Assembly (NCBI GenBank): GCA_027064425.1
Contig: JAMOPO010000015.1
Location: 224,001-288,000 of the forward strand
Reading direction: 5' to 3'
Length of the DNA: 64,000 nt
Origin: Methanobacteriota archaeon
GTDB taxonomy: Archaea; JAADCQ01; Methanopyri; Methanopyrales; Methanopyraceae
This document shows, piece by piece, positions 47,676 through 59,600 of the stretch (its first letter is position 1; each line of letters starts with the position of its first letter). Position numbers and translations under genes: made by a program. The notes below the pieces were generated by a model, which searched no databases, was not told the DNA's origin, and saw only the letters and a program-made list of their open reading frames with translations.

Positions 47676-49151
47676 TCAGCGCCGCCCGCCGCGCGAGAGC
47701 GGCTCCGACACGAGCTCTGACAGCGGGTCCCCGTGGACGAACTCACCGGCGGCCCGCCGGAGCTCCGGGTCGGAGGTTAGCGCCTCGGCGAGCTCCGCAC
47801 CCGTCAGGATACGGACCTTGCCGGCGGAAGCCCGGGCGAGGTCCTTCCCGAACCCGTGGGAGATTAGCGTGTGCTCGTCCGCCCCCTCGAGCCGCCCGAG
47901 CAGGTCCTCCGGTCGGACGAACTTCCGCTCCGCGGCGGTGGCCAGTGAGCCGTCCTCCTCGACCCAGAACCGATCGTGGGCCCGGAAGAACCCGACGACG
48001 CGGTCCTCCCGGACCCAGGCGGGTGGCCCCTCCCGCCACTCCAGCTCCGGGAGTCGCTTGTGCTCGAACTCGAGCAGGATGTAACCTCTCTCCTCCTTAG
48101 AGTCCCGGGCGACGAACCAGCGTCGGACCTCGAAGCCCTCGTTCTCGAGGACGTTGCGCAGGCTCCGCGCGGTCTTCTCGAGCTGCGGCCAGTAGATGTC
48201 CTCCACCTCGTCCGGCAGCGTGACCTCGATGCCGACCACGTAGGCTGGATACTCGCGGAGCCAGCGCTCGAGCTCCTCGCGGTCGACCTCGGGTGGCTCT
48301 ACGCCGTCAAAGTACCGCATCGAGGGCTCCTGAAGGAACGCCTTGGCGGCGAGGATGAACCTCGTCAGCTGGCGCTTGGAGAGGGCGGCCGCCACGTTCC
48401 GCTCCGGGTCAACGGGATCTAGGACGATCAGTGCGGGGTCCTGGTCCTCGAACTGCTCGCGCACCTCGTCGTAGTCGGAGTACTCCTCGCCGACGAAGCC
48501 GGCGGGGTCGATCACGTACCCGGGCCGCCACTCCCGGGCGGCGGCCCTGAGGACGTCCTCGAAGGAGCCGTAGTGAATGACGAGCAGCTCGCAGAGGTAG
48601 CCGGAGAACCCTTTGACCCGGACCTCCGCGCCGTAAGCGCCGATGCCGCGCGTGAAGGCTTTGAGGAGGCGGGCCTCGGCGGGCTCCTCGAGGTGCTCCT
48701 TCACGTAACGGTTATGGTGCGGGGTGCGGTCGACGGGCGTGATGACCTCACCCGGCTCGGTGTCGTAGCAGGGGACGATGTCCACCTCGAACTCCCGGCC
48801 GCCGTGCTCGACGTCACCGCTGATGTAGGGGTGGTGAGCGTACTCGCGCCGCGGCTCGCCACCGAGCTCTCGGATCACCTCCTCACCGATCCGCAAGGTG
48901 GTCTCCACGATGTCGTCCAGGTCGAGGTCCTTCGGGAACACGCAGAAGACGTCGACGTCGGAGGCGCCGGGGAGCCAGGTGTCCCGGGCGACGGAGCCGA
49001 TGAGCTCGGCGCGGGCGTCCGGACACTCCTCCTCGAGCCGCTCCGCGACGAGGTCTCGGACCCGTTCGGCGAACCCCTCGACCAGCTCGCGCTCGTCCTC
49101 GTCGGGGGTGTAGCGCTCGCGGGCCTCGCGGAGCACGTCCTCGAGCGTCAA
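47676..49151 (-). CDS. cca: CCA-adding enzyme (class I)
   Basis: GSVARDTWL...DVDVF, YAHHPY, VDRTPHH, GFSGYLCELL. Confidence 0.95.
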   Translation of the reverse strand: MTLEDVLREARERYTPDEDERELVEGFAERVRDLVAERLEEECPDARAELIGSVARDTWLPGASDVDVFCVFPKDLDLDDIVETTLRIGEEVIRELGGEPRREYAHHPYISGDVEHGGREFEVDIVPCYDTEPGEVITPVDRTPHHNRYVKEHLEEPAEARLLKAFTRGIGAYGAEVRVKGFSGYLCELLVIHYGSFEDVLRAAAREWRPGYVIDPAGFVGEEYSDYDEVREQFEDQDPALIVLDPVDPERNVAAALSKRQLTRFILAAKAFLQEPSMRYFDGVEPPEVDREELERWLREYPAYVVGIEVTLPDEVEDIYWPQLEKTARSLRNVLENEGFEVRRWFVARDSKEERGYILLEFEHKRLPELEWREGPPAWVREDRVVGFFRAHDRFWVEEDGSLATAAERKFVRPEDLLGRLEGADEHTLISHGFGKDLARASAGKVRILTGAELAEALTSDPELRRAAGEFVHGDPLSELVSEPLSRGGRR

Positions 49152-49714
49152 AGCTCCACCTCCTCGACGGTGTGGTACTCCGGACCCTCGGGCCGGAGGA
49201 TGCTCTTCTTGAGGCGGATGGAGGTGACCTCAACGTCGCCCACCTCGACGCTGGAGAGCTCCCGGATCACCTCGACCAGCTGCGCCTTGTTGCGGCCGCT
49301 GCGGACGCGGGCGACGGTTACGTGCGGCACGAACTCACGGTTCTCGCGGCGGAACCCGCGCCGGCCGAGCTCATCCTCGAGCACGGCGGCCATGGTCTTG
49401 GTCTCGTCGGCGCCCTCGTCGACGCCCACCCACACGACGCGGATGTGGCGGATGTCGGGGAAGACCCCGAGGCCCTTAAGCCGCATGGTGAAGGGTTCCA
49501 CGGCGTCCGCGGCCTTCTCCATGGCCTCGACAACCTCGGGCACTCGGGACTCGGGGATGTTGCCCAAGAACTTGAGAGTCAGGTGCACGTTCTCAGGCTC
49601 GACGAGCTTGAGGTCGGCCCCGGAGGCCTTGAGCCGGTCCTGGATCTCAAGGATTCGATCGATCACGTCCTCATCTTCGATGTCGATTGAGATGAACGCG
49701 CGGAACTCCGACAC
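49148..49714 (-). CDS. thpR: RNA 2',3'-cyclic phosphodiesterase (2'-5' RNA ligase family)
   Basis: 2H motifs HLTLKF and PHVTVAR. Confidence 0.92.
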   Translation of the reverse strand: MSEFRAFISIDIEDEDVIDRILEIQDRLKASGADLKLVEPENVHLTLKFLGNIPESRVPEVVEAMEKAADAVEPFTMRLKGLGVFPDIRHIRVVWVGVDEGADETKTMAAVLEDELGRRGFRRENREFVPHVTVARVRSGRNKAQLVEVIRELSSVEVGDVEVTSIRLKKSILRPEGPEYHTVEEVEL

Positions 49715-49729
49715 GGGGGCCTTCCCCCG

Positions 49730-50854
49730 ATGAAACGTTATTACCGCCGCGACCCGGACGAGCTGGGGGAAGAGGGGTCAGGGGGGCTCGGCGTCCCGGG
49801 ACCTCAGAACCCAGTGCCGGACGCGAAGCTCGTGGAGTTAAAACCGTTGGGCTACCCCATCCGGGAGCCCGGCATGGGTAAGGAGGTCATCGTCGACTCA
49901 TACGAGGCGTTCAACGCGTACGCCCGGGAGCAGTGGCTGGGGGAGGTCGTGAAGGAGGGGATGATTCTCTTCGACACGGGCGTCGTGCACAGCTACGCGT
50001 TCAAGGTCGTGCGGGTCGTTCCCTCCGGCGTGGGCCGGATCACGGCCAACACCAAGTTCGTGCTCCGGATGCGGTTCGACGAGGACCGGATGGAGGTGCC
50101 CAAGATCACCCTGGACGATATCGTGGGCCACGAGGAGATCAAGCGCGCCTGCCGGCTGCTGGTTCAGTACCTGAAGAACCCGGAGGAGCTAGAGGAGTGG
50201 GCTCCCAAGACGGTGCTCTTCTACGGGCCAACGGGCACGGGCAAGACCCGGACGGCGAAGGCCGTCGCGGGCGAGGCTAAGGTCCCGCTCCTACGGCTTA
50301 ACGCGGCCGAGCTGCTGGGCAAGTACGTGGGCGAGGCCAGCGAGCGCATCAAGCGGGCGTTCAAGCGGGCGCGGGAGACCGCCCCGTGCGTCCTCTTCGT
50401 GGACGAGATCGACGCGCTGGGCCTGGACCGGCGTTACCAGGAGCTCCGGGGCGACGTGGTGGAGAGCGTCAACTCGCTCCTGACGAACCTGGACCGGCTG
50501 AAGGAAAAGGCGGAGGGCGTCCTGTTCATCGCGGCCACGAACCACCCGGACCTGCTCGACCCGGCCCTGAAGAACCGGTTCGAGTACGAGCTGGAGTTCC
50601 AGCCACCGGACCGGAAGGAGCGCGAGGAGCTGGTCCGGTACTACGCGAAGAAGCTGCCGCTGCCCCTTAAGGTGGACCCGGCCTACATCGCGGCCAAGAC
50701 CGCGGGCATGTCGCACCGGGAGATCAAGGAGCGAGTGCTCAAGCGGGCGCTGCTCGAGGCGATGAGGGAGGGCGCCGACGCGATCGAGAAGGAGCACGTG
50801 CGGCGCGTGCTGAGGGAGGAGAAGAGAGGGAAGCGGCAGGTGTACCACGGCTAG
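49730..50854 (+). CDS. AAA+ ATPase (archaeal COG1223 type)
   Basis: WAPKTVLFYGPTGTGKT, LFVDEID, AATN; true start may be GTG 49814. Confidence 0.9.
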   Translation: MKRYYRRDPDELGEEGSGGLGVPGPQNPVPDAKLVELKPLGYPIREPGMGKEVIVDSYEAFNAYAREQWLGEVVKEGMILFDTGVVHSYAFKVVRVVPSGVGRITANTKFVLRMRFDEDRMEVPKITLDDIVGHEEIKRACRLLVQYLKNPEELEEWAPKTVLFYGPTGTGKTRTAKAVAGEAKVPLLRLNAAELLGKYVGEASERIKRAFKRARETAPCVLFVDEIDALGLDRRYQELRGDVVESVNSLLTNLDRLKEKAEGVLFIAATNHPDLLDPALKNRFEYELEFQPPDRKEREELVRYYAKKLPLPLKVDPAYIAAKTAGMSHREIKERVLKRALLEAMREGADAIEKEHVRRVLREEKRGKRQVYHG

Positions 50855-50877
50855 CCCGCCGCGTGCGCGGGCCCATC

Positions 50878-50914
50878 CCCCGCCGGGTCCCCAGGGCGGG
50901 GTTCCCCGGCGGGG
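50878..50914 (-). promoter_or_regulatory. Archaeal SECIS element in the selD 3' UTR
   Basis: Minus strand: CCCCGCCGGG-GAA-CCCC-gccct-GGGG-A-CCCGGCGGGG, i.e. stem, GAA/A internal loop and apical GC stem, directly after the stop. Confidence 0.9.
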
Positions 50915-51925
50915 TCATCGGGGGTAGTCCTCCACCTCCTCAAGCTCACCGTCCACCGTCACACCCTCGCCGCGCTCGATCCTGCCCACCCGCCGGTACC
51001 ACACGCCCCGCTCCTCGAACGCCTCCTCCAGCTCCCCGGCCCGCTCCTCCGGCACCGCCACCAGCAGCCCGCCGGCGGTCTCCGCCGACTCGCCTCGATC
51101 AAGACCGTACCCCAGCGCGCTCGAAACCTCCTGCATGCCGGGGATCACCGGCAGTCGCTCGATGACCACCCGCACGCCGCTCCGCTCGGCGATCTCCTTC
51201 GCGTGTCCCCTGAGCCCGAACCCGGTAACGTCCGTCATCGCCGTCGCCCCGGCCTCCAGCGCCGCCTCCGCTGCGTCCAACAGCGGCTCCGTCATGATCT
51301 CCACCGCGATCTCCTCCACCCGCTCGACGTCCAGGTGCCCAAACATCGACTCCCGCGCGTCCTCCGGCATCCGCAGCAGCGCCATCGCCGGCTGCGTGCC
51401 CAGCGGCTTGGTCAGGTACAGCACGTCGCCCGGCCGTGCGCCCTCCGTCGTCACGTACCGCTCCGCGAACCCCGTTACGCTGCCCCCGAGGATCGGCCAC
51501 GGGTTCACGATCGTGTGCCCACCGACCACCGGCGCATCCACCTCGCGGCACTGGTCGGCGAATCCCTGAAGCATCCTCCGCGCGTCCTCCTCCGGCAGCT
51601 CCTTCGGGAACCCTGAGATCACCAGGACCGAGAGGACCTCGGTGGCGCCCATCGCGAAGACGTCGTTCAGCGAGTTATTGGCTGCGATGCGCCCCTGGAC
51701 GTACGGATCCGGGTGGATTGGCGTGAAGAAGTCCAGCGACTGGACGATGTAGCCACCGTTCACCCGGACGACCGCCGCGTCGTCACCGACGCCCACCTCG
51801 ACCCGCTCGCCCTCTTCCGGCAGGTCCACGCCCTCCAAGAGCTCCTCCAGATCTCCCTGAGGCAGCTTACAGGCTCACCCGTGCAGCTCGACCATCTCCA
51901 CCAGGTTCTTCCTCTTCCCGCTCAC
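50915..51925 (-). CDS. selD: Selenide, water dikinase, selenoprotein (UGA-Sec at codon 17)
   Basis: GTG 51925 gives [23 protein letters not shown]; in-frame TGA at 51875-51877; [20 protein letters not shown]. Confidence 0.95.
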
Positions 51926-52130
51926 GGTTCGGTGCCCCTCGACGTGAGCCTCCGGCCCCACGGAAGTCGGTTGCTCCAAGTCACCTCCATGCTCACCGAG
52001 GATCTCAATGGAAAGACATTACGTTCCGGTAAGTAATCTCCGAATTCGGAAAGTTTATTTGCCCTGAGTGTGGGTGCGGCACCCAATTCCTCGTGATCGG
52101 AACCGGGGGGTGGTTCTCACGGTGCCCGGG

Positions 52131-52349
52131 ATGGGGGAGCGGGGAGGGATGATGCTGGACATCCTCCTGATGTCCGCGGCCATGGTTCTCATGACGGCGC
52201 TGACCGTCACGCTGATGCTCAAGGCGGCGAGCCACGCCGGCCACGCAGCCACCACCATGGCCGGTTCCGCGGCGTCCATCGCCTCGGAGCGCGCCGTCGG
52301 AATGTGGGAGTCGCTCGCCCAGGAGTTTCCACCCGGTCCGGGTCAGTGA
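52131..52349 (+). CDS. Small class III signal peptide (pilin-like) protein
   Basis: MGERG|GMMLD followed by a long hydrophobic helix. Confidence 0.5.
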   Translation: MGERGGMMLDILLMSAAMVLMTALTVTLMLKAASHAGHAATTMAGSAASIASERAVGMWESLAQEFPPGPGQ

Positions 52350-52976
52350 TCACAGATCCTCCAAGTCCTCCTCGTACACGTGCGCGTTCGAGGCGTACAC
52401 CGTGAGGGTGGTGGGTTCCAACCCCACTCGCTCCGCCACGCGCTCCTGCAACCTCCTCAGCGCTATCACGTTCGCGACCAGCGCCTTCCCGACGTCCCAG
52501 GATCGGTAGAAGGCGTGGATCTCCAGCCCGTTATCGCCGTCCGACTGCAGCTGCAAGGACACGAGGCACGGCACCTCCTCCTCTTCCAGGTCCCGGCCCG
52601 GGTCCCAGGTGACGGCCACCGCGCGCCGAGTCTCCGGGGCCTCCTTTAGCCGCTCCGCGAGTCCCTCGACCTGATCCACCCCGAAGTGCCTTCGCAGCCG
52701 GTTCCCGTAGGTGTACTCGAACCCGCGCAGCTCCGGGTCCAGCAGCTGATCCTCGTACTCTCGGATGGCCCCCTCGTCCAGCGGGTAATCTTCCGGCACC
52801 TCGAACGCGCCCTCGCCCTCCGGCTCGAGGTGCGCTACCAGCCCCCGGACCTCGCGCACGGGACCGCGTTCCCGCTCGGCCCGCTCGCCCTTTACCTTCA
52901 CCTCCGTGACCGCGCGCCGCCAGACCTGCTCCACCGTCCTGCCTCGCACCACCACGGGGCGCTTGGGCCCGAGCAA
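52350..52976 (-). CDS. thyA: Thymidylate synthase (archaeal ThyA family)
   Basis: FEYTYGNRL, TRRAVAVTW, VPCL, RSWD, NAHVY. Confidence 0.88.
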   Translation of the reverse strand: MLGPKRPVVVRGRTVEQVWRRAVTEVKVKGERAERERGPVREVRGLVAHLEPEGEGAFEVPEDYPLDEGAIREYEDQLLDPELRGFEYTYGNRLRRHFGVDQVEGLAERLKEAPETRRAVAVTWDPGRDLEEEEVPCLVSLQLQSDGDNGLEIHAFYRSWDVGKALVANVIALRRLQERVAERVGLEPTTLTVYASNAHVYEEDLEDL

Positions 52977-53084
52977 TCACCTCCCCCCGACCGGCGCCCG
53001 GCCGCGGGTGAGGGCTCCGATGTACCTCCCGATTGTTACGGGCTTCAAAACGATTCGCGGGAAGAAGGGCGGGGGCGCGTGAGC

Positions 53085-53972
53085 TCAATCGCCCCGCGTC
53101 TGCATCCGCTCCTCCTCCGGGATCTCGGAGATATCGATGCCCTGCATCGCGACCTCGTCGCCCAGGTTCTTCGAGACCTCCGCCACGACCTCCGGGTCGT
53201 CGTAGTAAGCCGTCGCCTCCACGATCGCCTCCGCCATCTCCTGCGGCCGGTCCGACTTGAAGATGCCCGAGCCCACGAAGATGCCGTCCGCGCCCAGCTG
53301 CATCATCAGCGCCGCGTCCGCCGGCGTCGCGATGCCGCCGGCCGCGAAGTTCACCACGGGCAGCCGGCCTAGGCTGGCCACCTCCGCGACCAGGTCGAAG
53401 GGCACGCCGTACTCCTTCGCCTTCTGGTACAGCTCCTCCTTGTCCAGCTTGGTCAGCTCCGAGATCTCCTGCCGCATGATGCGCATGTGCCGCACGGCCT
53501 CGGCGACGTTGCCCGTCCCCGCCTCACCCTTCGTCCGGATCATCGCGGCGCCCTCGGCGATCCGCCGCAGGGCCTCGCCCAGGTTCCGCGCGCCGCACAC
53601 GAACGGGACGTCGAACTCCCACTTGTTGATGTGTCGCTCCTCGTCCGCCGGGGTGAGCACCTCGGACTCGTCGATCATGTCCACGCCGATGGCCTCCAAC
53701 ACCTGCGCCTCCGCCACGTGGCCGATCCGGCACTTGGCCATCACGGGGATCGTGACGTGGTCCATGATCTCCTCGATTTTCGCCGGGTCGCACATTCGAG
53801 CCACTCCACCGGCCTTCCGGATGTCCGCGGGTACCTTCTCGAGCACCATGACCGCGACCGCACCGGCGTCCTCCGCGATCTGCGCTTGCTCAACGTTGGT
53901 CACGTCCATCACGACGCCGCCTTTCAGCATGCGCGCGAAGCCCGTCTTAACCCGCCAGGTGCCCGTCTTCAT
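53085..53972 (-). CDS. pdxS: Pyridoxal 5'-phosphate synthase lyase subunit
   Basis: [37 protein letters not shown]. Confidence 0.97.
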   Translation of the reverse strand: MKTGTWRVKTGFARMLKGGVVMDVTNVEQAQIAEDAGAVAVMVLEKVPADIRKAGGVARMCDPAKIEEIMDHVTIPVMAKCRIGHVAEAQVLEAIGVDMIDESEVLTPADEERHINKWEFDVPFVCGARNLGEALRRIAEGAAMIRTKGEAGTGNVAEAVRHMRIMRQEISELTKLDKEELYQKAKEYGVPFDLVAEVASLGRLPVVNFAAGGIATPADAALMMQLGADGIFVGSGIFKSDRPQEMAEAIVEATAYYDDPEVVAEVSKNLGDEVAMQGIDISEIPEEERMQTRGD

Positions 53973-54129
53973 CGGTCGGTCCCCCGACGCCCACTCAGCC
54001 CAACCGGAACATGATATCATCTGTGAAACCCTTATCGGACGGATGGTGTGACCGAGTGAGTCGGCTGCACCAACTAGGGGCGCTAACGGGGGCGCGGTCG
54101 AGGGCACCACCGGCCGCGGGGCGGGTACC

Positions 54130-54882
54130 GTGGGCAAGGTGTACTTCGTGGGCGCGGGGCCGGGCGACCCCGAGCTGATGACGCTCAAGGGGCTGCGCGT
54201 TCTCCGCCGGGCGGACCTGGTGATCTACCCCGGCTCGCTGACCCCGCGGGAGGCCGTGGAGGAGTGGGCCCCCGACGCGGAGCTCGTGGACAGCTACGGC
54301 CGGTCGCTCGAGGAGCTGGTCGAGCTGATGGTCGAGGCGGCCCGGGAGGGCAAGACCGTGGTGCGGCTGGTCTCCGGCGATCCCTTCATCTACAGCTCCG
54401 TTTACGAGCAAGTTCGGGAGCTGGAGCGGGCGGGGGTGGAGTACGAGATCGTTCCCGGCGTGAGCTCGGTGAACGCCGCCGCGGCGGCCCTGGGCGAGGA
54501 GCTGACCAAGCCCGGCGTCAGCCAGACGGTCATTCTCACCCGACCGGCGGGCAGAACGGGGAAGCCGAAGGGCGAGTCTCTGCGCGAGCTCGCCCGGCAC
54601 GGCTGCACGATGGTCATCTTCCTGGGCGTCCGGTACCTGGAGGACATCGTGGAGTCGCTTCTCGAGGGTGGCTACTCCGAGGACACCCCGGTGGCCGTCG
54701 TGTACAAGGTGTCCACTCCGGAGGAAAAGATCGTGAGGGGAACGCTGGCGGACATCGTGGAGAAGGTTAAGGAGGAGGGGATCGATCGGACGGCGCTGAT
54801 CATCGTGGGCGACGTGCTTCGAGAGGAGGGTGAGCGCTCACACCTGTACTCGAAGGAGTACGCGAGGAGCGTGAGAAGATGA
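54130..54882 (+). CDS. cbiF: Cobalt-precorrin-4 C11-methyltransferase
   Basis: [40 protein letters not shown]. Confidence 0.92.
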   Translation: MGKVYFVGAGPGDPELMTLKGLRVLRRADLVIYPGSLTPREAVEEWAPDAELVDSYGRSLEELVELMVEAAREGKTVVRLVSGDPFIYSSVYEQVRELERAGVEYEIVPGVSSVNAAAAALGEELTKPGVSQTVILTRPAGRTGKPKGESLRELARHGCTMVIFLGVRYLEDIVESLLEGGYSEDTPVAVVYKVSTPEEKIVRGTLADIVEKVKEEGIDRTALIIVGDVLREEGERSHLYSKEYARSVRR

Positions 54883-55565
54883 GGGTGGGGTTCTCGCCCA
54901 AGCGTCGGCTGGAGCGGGCCGTGGTATACGACTTCCGCGGGCTGGGTGTCACGGATCGAGTCGTGGAGTTCTTCGAGCTGCTGGACGTGGACGTGGAGCT
55001 GCGGGACTCTTTCGGGTTCGACCGGGACGCGGACGCCCTCGTTTACGTCTCCTCCCCCGGGATCGCGGCGAGGGCGCTGGACCTCCGGAAGAAGGGCGAG
55101 GATCCGGTGGTGCTGTTGGTGGACCCTGACGGGGAGGTGATCTGCCTCTCGGGGCATCACTGGGGCGGGGAGGAGCTGGCGAGGGCTCTCGCGGGTTGGA
55201 TCGGTGGGTCTCTGGGCGGGTCTACGGTGGCGGAGGCGGAGGGGCGGCCCGCGGTGGAGGATGTGCTGGACGTGCTGGGCATCGACCCTGGTGAGCATCG
55301 GGAGCGGATGGTGGAGCTAGTCCGGGCGCTGGAGCGGGGCGGCGTGTGGGTGGAGGATCCACCGCACCCGGGCGTCCTCCGGTACCTGCGGGTGCTCGGC
55401 GCGAAGGCGGAAAGTCGGGAGGAGGCGGGTCTCATCGTCTCGGTCTCGAAGGGCGAGGTGCGGGTGCGGGGGTCGGAGCGTGGGGAAGGTGTACGTCGTG
55501 GGGACGGGTCCGGGCGATCCGGAGCTGATGACGGTGAGGGCGAGGAGGGTGCTGAAGAGCGTTGA
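54879..55565 (+). CDS. cbiG: CbiG N-terminal-domain protein
   Basis: GIAAR, DPVVLLVD, LSGHHWGG; lies between cbiF and cbiH. Confidence 0.7.
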   Translation: MRVGFSPKRRLERAVVYDFRGLGVTDRVVEFFELLDVDVELRDSFGFDRDADALVYVSSPGIAARALDLRKKGEDPVVLLVDPDGEVICLSGHHWGGEELARALAGWIGGSLGGSTVAEAEGRPAVEDVLDVLGIDPGEHRERMVELVRALERGGVWVEDPPHPGVLRYLRVLGAKAESREEAGLIVSVSKGEVRVRGSERGEGVRRGDGSGRSGADDGEGEEGAEER

Positions 55566-56241
55566 CGTGGTGATCGGGTACCGAACCTACGTGCGCTACG
55601 TGCGGGAGGTGCTCCCGAGCGACGTGGAGGTTCGGGAGTACGGGATGCGGGAGGAGCGCGAGCGGGCCGTGGAGGCGGTGAAGCTGGCGTCGGAGGGTCG
55701 GAAGGTGGCGGTGGTTAGCGGTGGGGACCCGGGAGTCTACGGGATGGCGGGACTGGTGCTCTCGGTGGCGGAGCGCGAGGGCGTGGAGGTGGAGGTGATC
55801 CCGGGGGTCACGGCGGCCTGCGCGGCGGCGGCCCTGTTGGGCGCCCCGCTCATGCTGGACTTCGCGGTCGTGAGCCTCAGCGACCACCTGGTCCCGTTGG
55901 GAGAGATCCTGGAGCGGGTCCGGGCGGCGTTGGAGTCGGACTTCGTGCTGGTCGTGTACAACCCGAGCAGCTCGGAGCGTAGGCACGCGTTCCGGGCGTT
56001 CCTGGACGTGCTGGAGGAGTCGGTGGAGCCGGAGCGACCGGTGGGGATCGTCCGGGACGCCTACCGGGAGCGGCAGCGGGTGGTGGTGACGAGGGTGGGT
56101 GAGCTGCGCTCGCTGGAGGACCTGGTGGACATGCGCTCGATTATCATCGTTGGGAGCTCCAGGACGAAGGTGGTGGGGGACCGGCTGGTTACGGAGCGGG
56201 GCTACTCCTCGTCGCGTACCGGCCGGAACTCCAGCGAGTAG
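55480..56241 (+). CDS. cbiH: Cobalt-precorrin-3B C17-methyltransferase
   Basis: VVSGGDPGVYGMAG, LGAPLMLDFAVVSLSD, YNP. Confidence 0.92.
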   Translation: MGKVYVVGTGPGDPELMTVRARRVLKSVDVVIGYRTYVRYVREVLPSDVEVREYGMREERERAVEAVKLASEGRKVAVVSGGDPGVYGMAGLVLSVAEREGVEVEVIPGVTAACAAAALLGAPLMLDFAVVSLSDHLVPLGEILERVRAALESDFVLVVYNPSSSERRHAFRAFLDVLEESVEPERPVGIVRDAYRERQRVVVTRVGELRSLEDLVDMRSIIIVGSSRTKVVGDRLVTERGYSSSRTGRNSSE

Positions 56242-56609
56242 TAGATCACGCCGTCCTCACCGTCCTCGCTGACGCGCCGGAACACCGCCTCAACGGGCGT
56301 CCCGATGTCGATCTCTCCGGGGTCGCAGTCCACGATCATCCCGGTGACCAGGGGCCCTTCCTCCAGCTTGACGATGGCAACCACGTAGGGCGCCTTCTCC
56401 TCGAAGCCCTCGGGTGGCACGCGGACGACGGAGTAGGTGTAGATCTCGCCCCGGCCGGAGAGCTCGACCTCCTCCATCTCACCTTTCCGGCGGCACTTCG
56501 GGCAGACGACGCGCGGCGGGAAGTAGATCTCACCGCAGTTCTTGCATCGGGTCCCCACGAGCCGGTACCGGTTGTCGATGCTCCGCCAGAAGCGTGGTAC
56601 GCCGCTCAC
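56202..56609 (-). CDS. DUF35 Zn-ribbon/OB-fold scaffold protein
   Basis: CKNC...FPPR..CPKC plus OB fold; in an operon with thiolase and HMG-CoA synthase. Confidence 0.92.
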   Translation of the reverse strand: MSGVPRFWRSIDNRYRLVGTRCKNCGEIYFPPRVVCPKCRRKGEMEEVELSGRGEIYTYSVVRVPPEGFEEKAPYVVAIVKLEEGPLVTGMIVDCDPGEIDIGTPVEAVFRRVSEDGEDGVIYYSLEFRPVRDEE

Positions 56610-56612
56610 GGG

Positions 56613-58855
<2,243 letters not shown>

Positions 58856-58865
58856 CCCGCGGCGC

Positions 58866-59573
58866 TCAGCGCGCTTCGGTGAGCTCCTTAAGCTTTTTCG
58901 AGATCTCCGAAATCGGGCCGCGGACGGTGGCCAGGTTGATCATTTCACGCTCCGCGATCTTAATCCCCAGCTCATCCACGTCGTCCTTGTCGATACCATG
59001 TAGCACGACCGCGCTCGGCTTTATACCCGCCGCCTTTATAGCCACCATCGGCGAGCGCCCCCGGTCGATGCGCGTGAACACGAGCAGCCGGTTGGGACAC
59101 TCCCCGTACACCCTGACGAGCGAGCTCGCGGGCACCTCCAGGATCGTTTTCACGCTGTCGATGATCGTGTACCCGAAGACGTCCACGTCCCCGTGATGGA
59201 CCACCGGCTCCGCTCCGATCCGTTCGTAGACCTCCTCCAGCTTCCTAGGGTACGGGAACTCACCGATTCCGACCAGCGTGGAGAGCACCTCCTCCGGCAG
59301 CAGCGCGTTCTCTAGGGCGGAAAGCACCCGGCCGCCCCGCTCCTCGTCGATCTTAATCAGCGCCTCCACGAACTTCCGGACCGTGTCCACGCGGGGAGAC
59401 TTCGTCTTGCCCGTCTCGTACTCGCTGATGACCGAGGGAGAGACGCCCATCTTCCTCGCCACCTCGACCTGAGACACGTGGAAGATTTTACGCCACTTCT
59501 TCATGACCTCGCCCGGGTGCTCGGAGGCCGCGATGTCACCCACGATCCGCTTCAGCACCAGCTCCTTGGGCAA
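58866..59573 (-). CDS. HTH transcriptional regulator (archaeal conserved)
   Basis: [29 protein letters not shown]; GRSPMVAIK. Confidence 0.88.
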   Translation of the reverse strand: MPKELVLKRIVGDIAASEHPGEVMKKWRKIFHVSQVEVARKMGVSPSVISEYETGKTKSPRVDTVRKFVEALIKIDEERGGRVLSALENALLPEEVLSTLVGIGEFPYPRKLEEVYERIGAEPVVHHGDVDVFGYTIIDSVKTILEVPASSLVRVYGECPNRLLVFTRIDRGRSPMVAIKAAGIKPSAVVLHGIDKDDVDELGIKIAEREMINLATVRGPISEISKKLKELTEAR

Positions 59574-59600
59574 GTCGACGCACCTCCCCGGGTGGTCCGG

